Part shown: positions 27,030 through 38,985 of the stretch, one piece after another | How the letters are laid out: every line of letters begins with the position of its first letter | Numbering within the stretch: the first letter of the stretch is position 1 | Source of the DNA: Octopus bimaculoides | Taxonomy: Eukaryota | Assembly (NCBI RefSeq): GCF_001194135.2 | Contig: NC_068982.1 | Location: forward strand, 56,392,546 to 56,450,180 | Direction of reading: 5' to 3' | Length of the DNA: 57,635 nt | Program-made: the position numbers and the translations under genes | The notes under the pieces: model-generated | The model's input: only the letters and a program-made list of their open reading frames with translations | Told to the model about the DNA's origin: nothing | Databases searched by the model: none

Positions 27030-27650
27030 TAACGACCCTGAAAGTATGAAAATCAAAGTCACCCAAGTGGTATTTGAACACAGAAGGTAAAATCGGAAGA
27101 AATGCCGCTAAGCATATTTCCCGGCGCGGAAACTTCTACCAACTCGCCGCCTTACCATCTTTAATAATAGCTAAGGCAGCGACTTTGTCTTGCATTTTTT
27201 TTTGGCGGAGGGGGGGGGGGGTCAATAAAATAAGAACCAGTCGAGTACTGGGATTGATGTAATCGATTTTCCCCTCCCTCCAAATTTCAAGTTTTGTGCC
27301 TTTAGTAGAAAAGAGTATTATTATTAATTCTTTTAACAATGAGCAAATTTTAAAGAGGGGTGCGATGGGGCTAGTGGATTGTATTTACTTCAATGTTCAA
27401 CTGGTGCTTAAAAGGTGAAAGGCAAAGTCGACCGCGACCTAATTTGAACTTAGAACGTGAACATTTTGCCTGGCGTGCTAACGGTTCTGCCAGCTAGCCG
27501 CCAATAATTATAATAATATTCCTTTCTACTATAGGAACAAGGCCTGAAACTTCGGGGGAGGGTAAGTCAATTACAGAATTCGAACTCAGAACTTTATGTA
27601 ACAAATAATGCTGCTAAGCATTTTGTCGGGCATGCTAATGATTTTGCCAG
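27030..27650. mobile_element. Cluster of SINE family A fragments in both orientations
   Basis: A + strand tail at 27225-27320 faces minus copies at 27385-27500 and 27505-27650, which are separated by (aat)n. Confidence 0.75.
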
Positions 27651-27864
27651 CGTTTTCAGTGACAGTAATTGATAGTAAACTAATGCGGTTCAAGACCTAA
27701 ACTCTGAGTGCGGTGCATCTACATCATCTTGTTTTATCAGTGAAATTAAGAGTACAAGTAAAAGAAATTGGATTCAAATAGAAATCGAAAATCAGCTTAC
27801 CACAGACTCTTGTTTAAATCTCCGGTATTCATCAACGACATTCTAATAGGATAAAAGTTTATGA

Positions 27865-28541
27865 CACTGGTTCTCAACCATTCTTTGATTATTTTATTCG
27901 GGTAGACCCTCATGGACATTCAATGTTTAAAAAATCCTATTACAGTTTTACAATTAAATATTTTTAGGAATTGTAATTAAAAAAAGACTAAAAAAATATT
28001 TTGTGTACTATTCTTTTATTCTTTCACTTGTGTCAGTCATATGAGTGTGGCCAAGATGGATCACCGTCTTGAAAGGTTTTAGTCGAAGAAATCGACACCT
28101 GAACTTATTTTTTATAGCGTAGTACCTATTCTATCTGTTAATTTTGCCGAACCGCTAAGTTACGGGGACGTAAACATATCAACCCCGGTTGCCAAACGGT
28201 GATGTTGTGAGGGTCAAACAAACACACACACACACACGCACACACATATATATATGTGTATGTATATAAACACACATATATAACGGGTTTCTTTCAGTTT
28301 CTGTCTACCAAATCCACTCACAATGCTTTGGTCGGCCTGAGGTTATAGTTGAAAACACTTGCTCAAAGTCTCACGCAGTGGGACTGAACCCGGAACCATT
28401 TGGTTGGGAAACAAGCTTCATACCACACAGCTACACCTGCGCCCATTGTAGAAGTATAACCAATTTATTGCAAATAAATTTTACGGATAAAATCTTATAT
28501 GAACATCCAAAGGCCTTACGGAACCCATTTCAAAACCACTG
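27865..28541. mobile_element. hAT-type MITE interrupted by a SINE B
   Basis: Ends cactggttctcaacc / tttcaaaaccactg. No TSD recognised. Confidence 0.6.
28013..28443 (-). mobile_element. SINE family B, full length
   Basis: Collinear with 21608-22018. Confidence 0.9.
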
Positions 28542-28606
28542 GTCCAAAAGATGATAGCAGAACCATCATGATGAACGTAATTCAGCTTGGCTGTGTGGTA
28601 AGAATA

Positions 28607-28797
28607 TGTGCAGGAGTGGCTCTGTGGTTAGACATTTGCTTCCCAACCACATAGTTCCGGGTTTAGTCTCACTGCGTGGTAACTTGGACAAGTATCTTCT
28701 ATAACGTAGGGCCGACCAAAGTCTTGTGAGTGGATTTAGTAAACGGAAAATGAAGGAAGGCCGAGGCCGTCGTATATATATATATATATATATATAT
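28607..28797 (+). mobile_element. SINE family B, 5' module plus (TA)n
   Basis: gcaggagtggctctgtgg...gttccgggtttagtctcactgcgtgg; inverted relative to 28013-28443. Confidence 0.88.
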
Positions 28798-29019
28798 NNN
28801 NNNNNNNNNNNNNNNNNNNNNNNNNNNNNNNNNNNNNNNNNNNNNNNNNNNNNNNNNNNNNNNNNNNNNNNNNNNNNNNNNNNNNNNNNNNNNNNNNNNN
28901 NNNNNNNNNNNNNNNNNNNNNNNNNNNNNNNNNNNNNNNNNNNNNNNNNNNNNNNNNNNNNNNNNNNNNNNNNNNNNNNNNNNNNNNNNNNNNNNNNNNN
29001 NNNATATATATATATATAT

Positions 29020-29340
29020 AACACAATAATACAGAATGGGACAAGAACACAAAACATCCAGACAGTTAGGTGATACAAGAAAGGGACAAAACATACAGAT
29101 AGACGATCCAAAGAAAACACGGACAGGTTATTCGGAGTTTTCTTTCTTCAGTCGAGATCCAGATTATCCTTGCAATTTCGGCTGGTTATTCTCGATATTG
29201 CTCCAATCTGGCCAGCCCCAAGGAAAAACTAAGCTAAGAGCATTAGATTCCTTGGAAGAAAGCAGCGAATGTATACAAAAACAAGGGCGGAAAAAACGAA
29301 CAAACGGAATCGGTCTGAAATGTAATGGAAAATAAATCAG
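29020..29340. mobile_element. (TA)n-abutting interspersed repeat, possibly Penelope-like terminal sequence
   Basis: Directly adjoins (TA)n. The minus strand has a degenerate CTGAAGA...ctccGAAT core. The assignment is inference only. Confidence 0.3.
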
Positions 29341-29544
29341 TTTCAAAACATTGATGTCCAGATCACAAAAAAAAAAGTTCGAAGGGAATAGTAGTCATTT
29401 CCTTTGATTTCTAGACAGAAGCAAATGGGGAATAACACTTACTGACATTTGTTACACAGTGAAATAACACTTGTTACACAGTGAAATAACACTTGTTACA
29501 CAGTGTAATTTGTTTACTAAATTCTATAAATAAGAGCCACCGAG

Positions 29545-29700
29545 TTTGCGCTCCGAGTTCAAATGTCGTCGTAATCGTCTTTGCTTTTCTTCCTTTCGGG
29601 GTCGATAAAAAAAAATACCAGTAAAGTACTTCGGTCAATGTAATCATCTAACGTCCCCACTCAAAATTTCAGCTCTTGTGCCTATTGCAGAAAGAATATC
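29545..29700 (+). mobile_element. SINE family A fragment
   Basis: tccgagttcaaatg...cctttcggggtcgataaaa...ttgtgcctattgcagaaag. Confidence 0.75.
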
Positions 29701-30190
29701 AAGATAGGTATGTTGGTGTGCGCGTATCTGTGTGCGTGTGGATGTGTGCGAGAATATATTTTACATAATAATGTAGAGGTAATGCAATAAACAGCAGTAA
29801 ATATATTTTACTACATGAACATTGGGGAGAGAGAGAAAGAGTGAGATAGAGAGGGAGAGGGAAAGAGAACGGGAGAGAAAGGGTGTGTGTGTGTGCACGC
29901 TTGTGTGTGTGTGTGCGTGTGTGATTCAGATCAGTTGTTTATAAGTTGTAACCCTCGGGGGTCGTATAAATATTGTTTGGGGTCGCGGAGTAAACACGGA
30001 GAAGACTAAAAGTTGTTTGCTTTGTTTATTAGAGCATTTGGTCTGTGTATATATATAATAAAATACCCTCAAAATATACACGAAAGAATATTTTTCAATA
30101 AAATATATAAAATGCAAGTATGGAACGAAAGCTGAACAAGAACAGAACAATTTGACAGATTGCTCTTTATCTTCTCTTTTCCTAATTCTT

Positions 30191-30410
30191 TTTTCTTTTA
30201 CTTGTTTCAGTCATCGGACTGCGGTCATCATAGGACACCGACTAGAAGGATTTATTTAAAAAATCGACCCCCTGTACTTTTCTTCCAGTCTGGTGTTCAT
30301 TCTATCGGTATGTTAGCCGAACAGTTAAGTTCCGGGAACAAACCACCGGTAGTGAACTAGTATTGTGATACCAAAGGTGAACATAAGGACACAAATACAT
30401 AATACATTTA
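30191..30410 (-). mobile_element. SINE family B, 3' module
   Basis: tacttgtttcagtcatcggactgcgg...tctatcgg...gccgaacagttaagtt. Confidence 0.8.
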
Positions 30411-30444
30411 TGCATGCGTGTGTGTGTATGTGTGTGTGTGTGTG

Positions 30445-30518
<74 letters not shown>

Positions 30519-30876
30519 GGGAAAAGTCCAAGACTTACAGGGAAAAATTCAATTTAGCAATACTAAATCAAATTTCCCAATATAAAATATATGTATATAA
30601 TTTAGAGAAAAACTACTATTAAATAATTCAATAAAGAAGAATGTAATTCATACCCTCTAAAAAATAAATATATCATAAAAACCTTATTGAAAAAATCAAT
30701 AAAATATAGAAAAGAATAACTAGTAAATGATATAAAATGACTACGCACGTTTCGTGGCTATATTTTCAAATAGATAACTACTAAAAATCAATTCGATTAA
30801 TAATCAAATCAATTTACAGTTAAATCTATTCAAATATATAGTCACTCGTCAGGTCAAAAATAAAATAATAATAATG

Positions 30877-30944
<68 letters not shown>

Positions 30945-31029
30945 CAATGTACGTATTGTAACTTATATTAATATCTAAATAAAATACTCGTTTTTCAACA
31001 GTTACGATGGGATTTTGTTGCACCAGAGT

Positions 31030-31105
31030 ATACAGGACTTCCTCGTTGAGCACTACAGAACTTCCAGGGCGGGGCCTGTCTTCTAGGCTGTAGTTTCCGG
31101 CTCTG
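31030..31105. promoter_or_regulatory. Candidate promoter-like motif cluster
   Basis: GC box gggcggggc (31067-31075), inverted ACTACA motifs (31052-31058, 31088-31094) and ETS-like acttcc/ttccgg, in a locally GC-rich unique island. Confidence 0.25.
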
Positions 31106-31314
31106 AATTTCTGAAACCACCGTTGACGCTGGCTTACGCTTATTGTCCGATCCCCATATACTGCATTAATATCCTTTGCACTTATACATGCATATATATG
31201 TCAATATGTATGTATATATATATATGTTTATATATATGTGTATGTGTGTGTGTGTGTGAGTGCGTGTGTGTATGTGTGCGTGTGTGTATGTGTGTGTGTG
31301 TGTAAATTCACACA

Positions 31315-31462
31315 AACCAGACTTCTACCCAGCTTCTGTCAACCAAATTCACTCATAAGACATTGGTCAGCTCGGAGTTATAATAAAGGCACTTGGTCAA
31401 GGTGTCGCACAGTGAGACTGAACTCGAAATCACGTGGTTGAGAAGCTTGCGTCCCAACCATG
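31315..31462 (-). mobile_element. SINE family B, 5' module (diverged)
   Basis: caaccaaattcactcataag...cacttggtcaaggtgtcgcacagtgagactgaac. Confidence 0.75.
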
Positions 31463-32223
31463 TCGTCTTGAGTTCAGACCCATTGTGCGGTGCAGACGCG
31501 CTCACGCGCGCACGCGCGCGCACACGCACACACACACACACACACGAAGTCAGAATAAGAAAGAAAGGAGAGGAGAGAGAGTGTGGAAGAAGAGAAAGAG
31601 AGAAGCAGGCAGGTATGCAAGCAGAGACAAGTGAGAGGCAAAGGCGGTATAAGGTCCGACAACAAAACACAAATAGCCCAAAAGGTCAAATACATTTAAC
31701 GCAGTAAATACGACGTTTCGTGTTAAACCCTTCATCAGCCTGCAACCGATAAAATTCTCTTCAGTCATACGGAATAACAATTTATTCCACTGTCAGAATT
31801 AGTTCTATTACTATTTGCTGACGCTTAACACTACTACTTTTCTCGGCTTCTATTGTTTTAGGGCATTAATAAATCTCTCTTGCAGTTCTAGCAGAGCTGA
31901 CCGCTATGAAAGTGGGCTGGGCAGAGAAAAGCAATAATTAAATTTTGTCCAACCTATATCCAGGCAATCGCAAAAAAAAAAAAAAAAAGTCTTTTTAAAG
32001 TGAAAACACAACAGATTTTCTCATTAAGGACAGCGTTAAATAAGTAAATAAACATATAAATCAACTTCTGTTTCCTATGTGAACGGGAAATTAAACATTG
32101 CAATGTTCATGTTTTCCAAAGAATATTTATTATTTCATTCGAAGTTCGAAACTGCGGAAATAACCTAGATTTTATTCACATGTAGTTATATAGCATTATT
32201 CATTTCTTCAGTTTATTTTATTA

Positions 32224-32290
<67 letters not shown>

Positions 32291-32337
32291 GCTTTTTCCC
32301 TTTTTTTATTTCTTTTTGTTCTTTGACTATTCTACAG

Positions 32338-32396
32338 GTGTTGAGTGGAAATCCATGGGCGGAACTGCTATAGCAACCACACCTGCCTACATCTAA
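32338..32396 (+). CDS. Candidate 3'-terminal coding exon, (G)VEWKSMGGTAIATTPAYI*, product unknown
   Basis: A long polypyrimidine tract ends in ctacag|G. One open phase-1 frame runs to TAA at 32394-32396, followed by unique sequence and AATAAA at 32534-32539. No homology recognised. Confidence 0.25.
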
Positions 32397-32693
32397 TCGG
32401 TCTCTTTCCTATCAACCGCATATATTCATTACTGTATCCACCATTCGGTGTCTAAGTTCAAACTACAAGTAAACGTTTGTGAATACAATGTGGCGGAGGC
32501 AAAGAAACCGAGATCAATAGCGTTTTAGAAGGCAATAAATTGAAGTCATTAAGTCAAAGTGGGCAGTAAATATCAGCGGGGCCGTTCTGTATTGTAAAAG
32601 AAACTCACGAATTATGTAGGAGTTGAGAGAGGGAAATGGACATTGAGCAAGAGAGAGAAATAGAGAGAAAGAAAGAGAGGAAGGGAGAAAGAG

Positions 32694-32751
<58 letters not shown>

Positions 32752-32807
32752 NNNNNNNNNNCATGGCTAACTGATCGTTTTGAAGTGAATAACCAAGCAA
32801 AAAAACA

Positions 32808-32848
<41 letters not shown>

Positions 32849-33069
32849 CACACATATGCATATGCGTACAGCCATATACACATAAGCCATAGGCAGAAAG
32901 TTAAGATGAGAGAATGGAAAATTCACAGAAGAGAAGATAAAACATGCGCACACACATACACACACACACATTCACAGGCGCATGCGCACGTTTATGACAA
33001 CAGAAATATAAGCAACTAGATATCCACATGTCACTTGCGGGTCTCACATAAATACGGATACACACATTT

Positions 33070-33307
33070 TTTTTATCTGTTACTTGTTTCAGTCATTAGA
33101 CTACGGCCATGCTGCAGCATCGCCTTGAAGAAGTTGTGGTCGACTGAATCGAAGCCAAAACGTTTTTTTTAGCTTTGTACTTATTCTCTTTTGCCGAACT
33201 GTTAAGTTACGGGGACGTAAACACGCCAACACCGTTTGTCAAGCGGTGGTAGGGGACAAACATAGACACAAAGGCCCGCGCGCAAACACATACGCACACG
33301 CACGCAG

Positions 33308-33348
<41 letters not shown>

Positions 33349-34165
33349 CAGTCACACTGCGAGTCACCTTGGGCAAGTGTCTTATACTAAAGTCTCGGGC
33401 CAATCAAAGCGTTGTAAGTGGATTAGGTAGACGAAAACTGAAAGAAGCCCGTCGTAAAATTCGACGCTGCTTACCAAAACCCATACACACATACACACGC
33501 ACACACAACATGCACANNNNNNNNNNNNNNNNNNNNNNNNNNNNNNNNNNNNNNNNNNNNNNNNNNNNNNNNNNNNNNNNNNNNNNNNNNNNNNNNNNNN
33601 NNNNNNNNNNNNNNNNNNNNNNNNNNNNNNNNNNNNNNNNNNNNNNNNNNNNNNNNNNNNNNNNNNNNNNNNNNNNNNNNNNNNNNNNNNNNNNNNNNNN
33701 NNNNNNNNNNNNNNNNNNNNNNNNNNNNNNNNNNNNNNNNNNNNNNNNNNNNNNNNNNNNNNNNNNNNNNNNNNNNNNNNNNNNNNNNNNNNNNNNNNNN
33801 NNNNNNNNNNNNNNNNNNNNNNNNNNNNNNNNNNNNNNNNNNNNNNNNNNNNNNNNNNNNNNNNNNNNNNNNNNNNNNNNNNNNNNNNNNNNNNNNNNNN
33901 NNNNNNNNNNNNNNNNNNNNNNNNNNNNNNNNNNNNNNNNNNNNNNNNNNNNNNNNNNNNNNNNNNNNNNNNNNNNNNNNNNNNNNNNNNNNNNNNNNNN
34001 NNNNNNNTATATGACGAGCTTTTTTCAGTTTCCCCCCTCTACCAAATCCACTTACAAATCGAGGATATAGTAAAAGAACTTATTCAAGGTTCCACGCAGT
34101 GGGACTGAACCTGCAATGATGTGATTGAGAAGCAAAAGCTCCTTACCACAGAGTCACGCCTGTGC
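33070..34165. mobile_element. SINE family B composite: minus 3' module, + strand 5' module, N gap, minus 5' module
   Basis: 33070-33290 (3' module, -), 33350-33455 (5' module, +) and 34007-34165 (5' module, -). Confidence 0.8.
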
Positions 34166-34182
34166 ATGCATATATATATACT

Positions 34183-34790
34183 CTCAGATACAGTAGGGAC
34201 AAGAGAAGGTTTGTATGCAATCATTCGAGAATTTCTACGATTCACCTCAGCGTCCACAGTAAACTTCTTCTCGTCCACAAATACGAGTTTTTCCTGCACC
34301 TTGTTGTTTTGATGAATGACAAAAGCTCTGGGCATCTCTCGGCTCTGATTGCATTGGTCTTGGCTGTTAGGAAGTGACAGCATCGTCGAACATAGCTAGT
34401 CATGCCAAGGTTCCTGTTCACAGCTCTGGTCACCATAAAAAGAACACATTGCGTTTCTTTGCAAGAGTTATCATTGATGTAGATGAGTTGGCTTTAACTG
34501 AGATTTGAGCCAGCGAGAAACTTTGGATTGCGCTTGGAATCATTTCGTGTCGTGTTCTTTTCTGTTAATCTTTACTTCTTTAAATTATTTATACTGCTTT
34601 CGGAAGTTTCGTCAACTTAGCAATTTTATTAACAGTGTGCTCATTGCCACCAAAACAACAATGGCTGAACGATTCTGTTGTTCCATGACTTTCTGCTGTC
34701 GAATCAGTTCGCTATTTACCTGAAAAATTAAAAGGATGATTAAATTTTCAAGCAAGCAAGGTCTTGTCAACTGCTTAAAATTGGTTTCAG
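34183..34790 (-). mobile_element. Tc1/mariner (maT-like) transposase, N-terminal half
   Basis: MEQQNRSAIVVL...TRAVNRNLGMTSYVRR...FVDEKKFTVDAEVNRRNSR (first catalytic D motif). Confidence 0.85.
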
Positions 34791-34904
34791 TGTGTGTGTG
34801 TGCGTATATACATACCACTCACACATATCAGTGTTTAATGAATTTTTCAAAGTAACAATGGAACATTACTAAAGTTCTACATTGAGTATTTTATTGAGAA
34901 AACA

Positions 34905-35025
34905 ATAATCCTTAAGGCCTGAAATTTGGTGGGAGGGGACTAGTCGATTGCATCGCCCCCAATACTCAACTGGTACTTAATTCATCGACCCCGAAAGGAT
35001 AAAAAGCACAGTCGACCTCGGCGGA
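34905..35025 (-). mobile_element. SINE family A, 3' part
   Basis: aaggcctgaaatttgg...tagtcgattgcatcgcccc...atcgaccccgaaaggat...gtcgacctcggcggag. Confidence 0.85.
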
Positions 35026-36225
35026 GTATATATAATTAATCCCCTCATCCCAAAAAACGGAGGAAATACAAGAAAAAACAACGCGAGGACGTGGTAAATA
35101 CAATGTGTTAAAAGGCCAAATGAACCGATAACAANNNNNNNNNNNNNNNNNNNNNNNNNNNNNNNNNNNNNNNNNNNNNNNNNNNNNNNNNNNNNNNNNN
35201 NNNNNNNNNNNNNNNNNNNNNNNNNNNNNNNNNNNNNNNNNNNNNNNNNNNNNNNNNNNNNNNNNNNNNNNNNNNNNNNNNNNNNNNNNNNNNNNNNNNN
35301 NNNNNNNNNNNNNNNNNNNNNNNNNNNNNNNNNNNNNNNNNNNNNNNNNNNNNNNNNNNNNNNNNNNNNNNNNNNNNNNNNNNNNNNNNNNNNNNNNNNN
35401 NNNNNNNNNNNNNNNNNNNNNNNNNNNNNNNNNNNNNNNNNNNNNNNNNNNNNNNNNNNNNNNNNNNNNNNNNNNNNNNNNNNNNNNNNNNNNNNNNNNN
35501 NNNNNNNNNNNNNNNNNNNNNNNNNNNNNNNNNNNNNNNNNNNNNNNNNNNNNNNNNNNNNNNNNNNNNNNNNNNNNNNNNNNNNNNNNNNNNNNNNNNN
35601 NNNNNNNNNNNNNNNNNNNNNNNNNNNNNNNNNNNNNNNNNNNNNNNNNNNNNNNNNNNNNNNNNNNNNNNNNNNNNNNNNNNNNNNNNNNNNNNNNNNN
35701 NNNNNNNNNNNNNNNNNNNNNNNNNNNNNNNNNNNNNNNNNNNNNNNNNNNNNNNNNNNNNNNNNNNNNNNNNNNNNNNNNNNNNNNNNNNNNNNNNNNN
35801 NNNNNNNNNNNNNNNNNNNNNNNNNNNNNNNNNNNNNNNNNNNNNNNNNNNNNNNNNNNNNNNNNNNNNNNNNNNNNNNNNNNNNNNNNNNNNNNNNNNN
35901 NNNNNNNNNNNNNNNNNNNNNNNNNNNNNNNNNNNNNNNNNNNNNNNNNNNNNNNNNNNNNNNNNNNNNNNNNNNNNNNNNNNNNNNNNNNNNNNNNNNN
36001 NNNNNNNNNNNNNNNNNNNNNNNNNNNNNNNNNNGAAGACATCTCCTCCAGCTGGCTATTGACACACTTTCTGTGCCCTATCAGTATTTGCAAATACTGA
36101 TGTCTTCCTGGGGCTACAAGATACAGTAGCATCAACCCTTAAGGGTTAGCCACAATTAGGTGGCAAATATACTTCACGATCTCGTGCAGCTACTGTTTAT
36201 ACCTCGCTCAGAGATTTATTATATG

Positions 36226-36259
<34 letters not shown>

Positions 36260-37757
36260 TGTATGTATGTATGTANNNNNNNNNNATGTGTATATATATA
36301 TATATATATATATACATATATGTACGTATATATACATTACGTATACATATATATATATATGCGTACATATATGTATGTATGTCACGTAGTATATATTATT
36401 ATATACATATACATCTGTGTGAGCGTTCCATCTATATGCGTGTACGCATAAAGAAGTGCATATGCATATATTGATACATATATATTTGGGATAAGCAGCA
36501 GCATTATAAATGCATAACTAAAGGCTTAATGTAGCCTGACTCGGTTTGTTCATCAGTACTCAGCGTTTGGCTGAAAGCAATATTCCTTTGTTATCAAAAA
36601 CAAAACTGGTTGCAACGAAACCTGTAGGTATGGCTTTTAAAACAATAATTACGAAATACATTAGATTTCAATATAAAGGCGTATTGATGTACTCAAATCA
36701 GTTATTGTAATTGCCTGAAACACAGTCTAATAGAAATGCATTGCTTATATATGTACGAATGTATGTACGTATGAGTGTTCATAAGCTCAGACATACACGA
36801 ACATACACATATAGTCATATACATTTACATACATACACACATATATATATACANNNNNNNNNNNNNNNNNNNNNNNNNNNNNNNNNNNNNNNNNNNNNNN
36901 NNNNNNNNNNNNNNNNNNNNNNNNNNNNNNNNNNNNNNNNNNNNNNNNNNNNNNNNNNNNNNNNNNNNNNNNNNNNNNNNNNNNNNNNNNNNNNNNNNNN
37001 NNNNNNNNNNNNNNNNNNNNNNNNNNNNNNNNNNNNNNNNNNNNNNNNNNNNNNNNNNNNNNNNNNNNNNNNNNNNNNNNNNNNNNNNNNNNNNNNNNNN
37101 NNNNNNNNNNNNNNNNNNNNNNNNNNNNNNNNNNNNNNNNNNNNNNNNNNNNNNNNNNNNNNNNNNNNNNNNNNNNNNNNNNNNNNNNNNNNNNNNNNNN
37201 NNNNNNNNNNNNNNNNNNNNNNNNNNNNNNNNNNNNNNNNNNNNNNNNNNNNNNNNNNNNNNNNNNNNNNNNNNNNNNNNNNNNNNNNNNNNNNNNNNNN
37301 NNNNNNNNNNNNNNNNNNNNNNNNNNNNNNNNNNNNNNNNNNNNNNNNNNNNNNNNNNNNNNNNNNNNNNNNNNNNNNNNNNNNNNNNNNNNNNNNNNNN
37401 NNNNNNNNNNNNNNNNNNNNNNNNNNNNNNNNNNNNNNNNNNNNNNNNNNNNNNNNNNNNNNNNNNNNNNNNNNNNNNNNNNNNNNNNNNNNNNNNNNNN
37501 NNNNNNNNNNNNNNNNNNNNNNNNNNNNNNNNNNNNNNNNNNNNNNNNNNNNNNNNNNNNNNNNNNNNNNNNNNNNNNNNNNNNNNNNNNNNNNNNNNNN
37601 NNNNNNNNNNNNNNNNNNNNNNNNNNNNNNNNNNNNNNNNNNNNTATATGTATATATATGTGTGTGTGTGTTTATGTGTGTATAAATCTATCTCTCTATC
37701 TATCTATCTATCTATCGATCAATCTATCTGTCTGTCTGTCTGTCTGTCTGTCTATCC

Positions 37758-37803
<46 letters not shown>

Positions 37804-38249
37804 TTATCTATCTATCTATATATATATATTTATATATATATGTTTATTTATCTATCTATATTGGTGCTTATTCTTATGTCGAGTTATAATAAAAGTTTTT
37901 ATCAATTTGAAGGATTGCTCAATACTTATGTAGAGTTTCGACCTGCTAGACAGTTTGATGACGGCTAGTGGGCTGAATCTTCAAAGTCACTGTCGACACG
38001 ATTCTTTCCTTGATTTCTATTGTTGTTGTAAATGTATCCTTTCGAAGACGATAATATAGATACCAGCTGAGCACTGGTGTCAATGTAATCGATTAAGTGT
38101 CCCTCACCCAACAAATTTTACTTCTTGTGCCTATTATTGAAGAATTATAACGAAACAGACATGTAAATGGTCTCCACAATGTTTAGTTAGAGATTTTTAG
38201 AATCTGTTATATATTATATCATTCTTCATTAGAAATCAGGCTTCGCGAT

Positions 38250-38500
38250 TATGGCCGTTCATGGCTTTGGTATGACTTGATAAGCTTTCTTCATACTGGT
38301 TGAGTTTTGCATGAGCTTACTATTTATAATGATCAATTCCTTTCCACTTCATATTTGTTTTTGCAGTATCTTTGAGTCTCAATCTGTCTTCCATGGTTTC
38401 TTTTCCCCTTGGGAAGTTGGGAGTAAAAGAGTTGTCTGGGGAGTCTGCTGGTGTTCATTCTGTGCCTCAGCCAACGTAAATTTCAACGTAGAGTTTGAAA
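38250..38500 (-). mobile_element. RTE-clade LINE, 3' fragment
   Basis: Minus strand reads LRWLRHRMNTSRLPRQLFYSQLPKGKRNHGRQ.LRLKD, the RTE C-terminal signature. Confidence 0.75.
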
Positions 38501-38789
38501 CGAGTTTTGTCATGTGAAATGCAAACGGAAGTACAAATCTAACTAAACTTTCATCCAATCGTCATTTTAGTTGATTTTCATACAAATCAGCGGATTAAAA
38601 AAGAAGTGTGGAATCAGCCACACTGATGGAACGAAACCTCGATTTGAAATTGTAAACCAACGTAACTTTTACATCATAAACATACATATAAGTACACACC
38701 ATATGGAGTAAAGACCCCCTTCAGTAATAAATGATCATGGGATTGCACCTAAAAAGTTCCCCTCTATATATATATGTATGTATGTATTT

Positions 38790-38985
38790 GTGTGTCTGTG
38801 TTTGTACCCCCACCATTGCTTGACAAAGGATGCTGGTGTGTTTACGTCCCAGTTCAGTAGAAGTTCAGTAGAAGAGACGGATAGAATAAGTACTGGGCTT
38901 ACAAAGAATAAGTCCTGGGGTCGATTCGTTCGACTAAAGGTGGTGCTCCAGCATTGTCGTAGCCAAATGACTGAAACAAGTAAAT
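38790..38985 (+). mobile_element. SINE family B, 3' module
   Basis: gatagaataagtactgggcttacaaagaataagtcctggggtcgattcgttcgactaaagg...gactgaaacaagtaa. Confidence 0.88.

Noticed and set aside
8472-36560. Other CTGATGA hits (about 8472+, 14102+, 26512-, 36552-)
   Set aside because: None has a following stem II plus GAAA, so they are not hammerheads.
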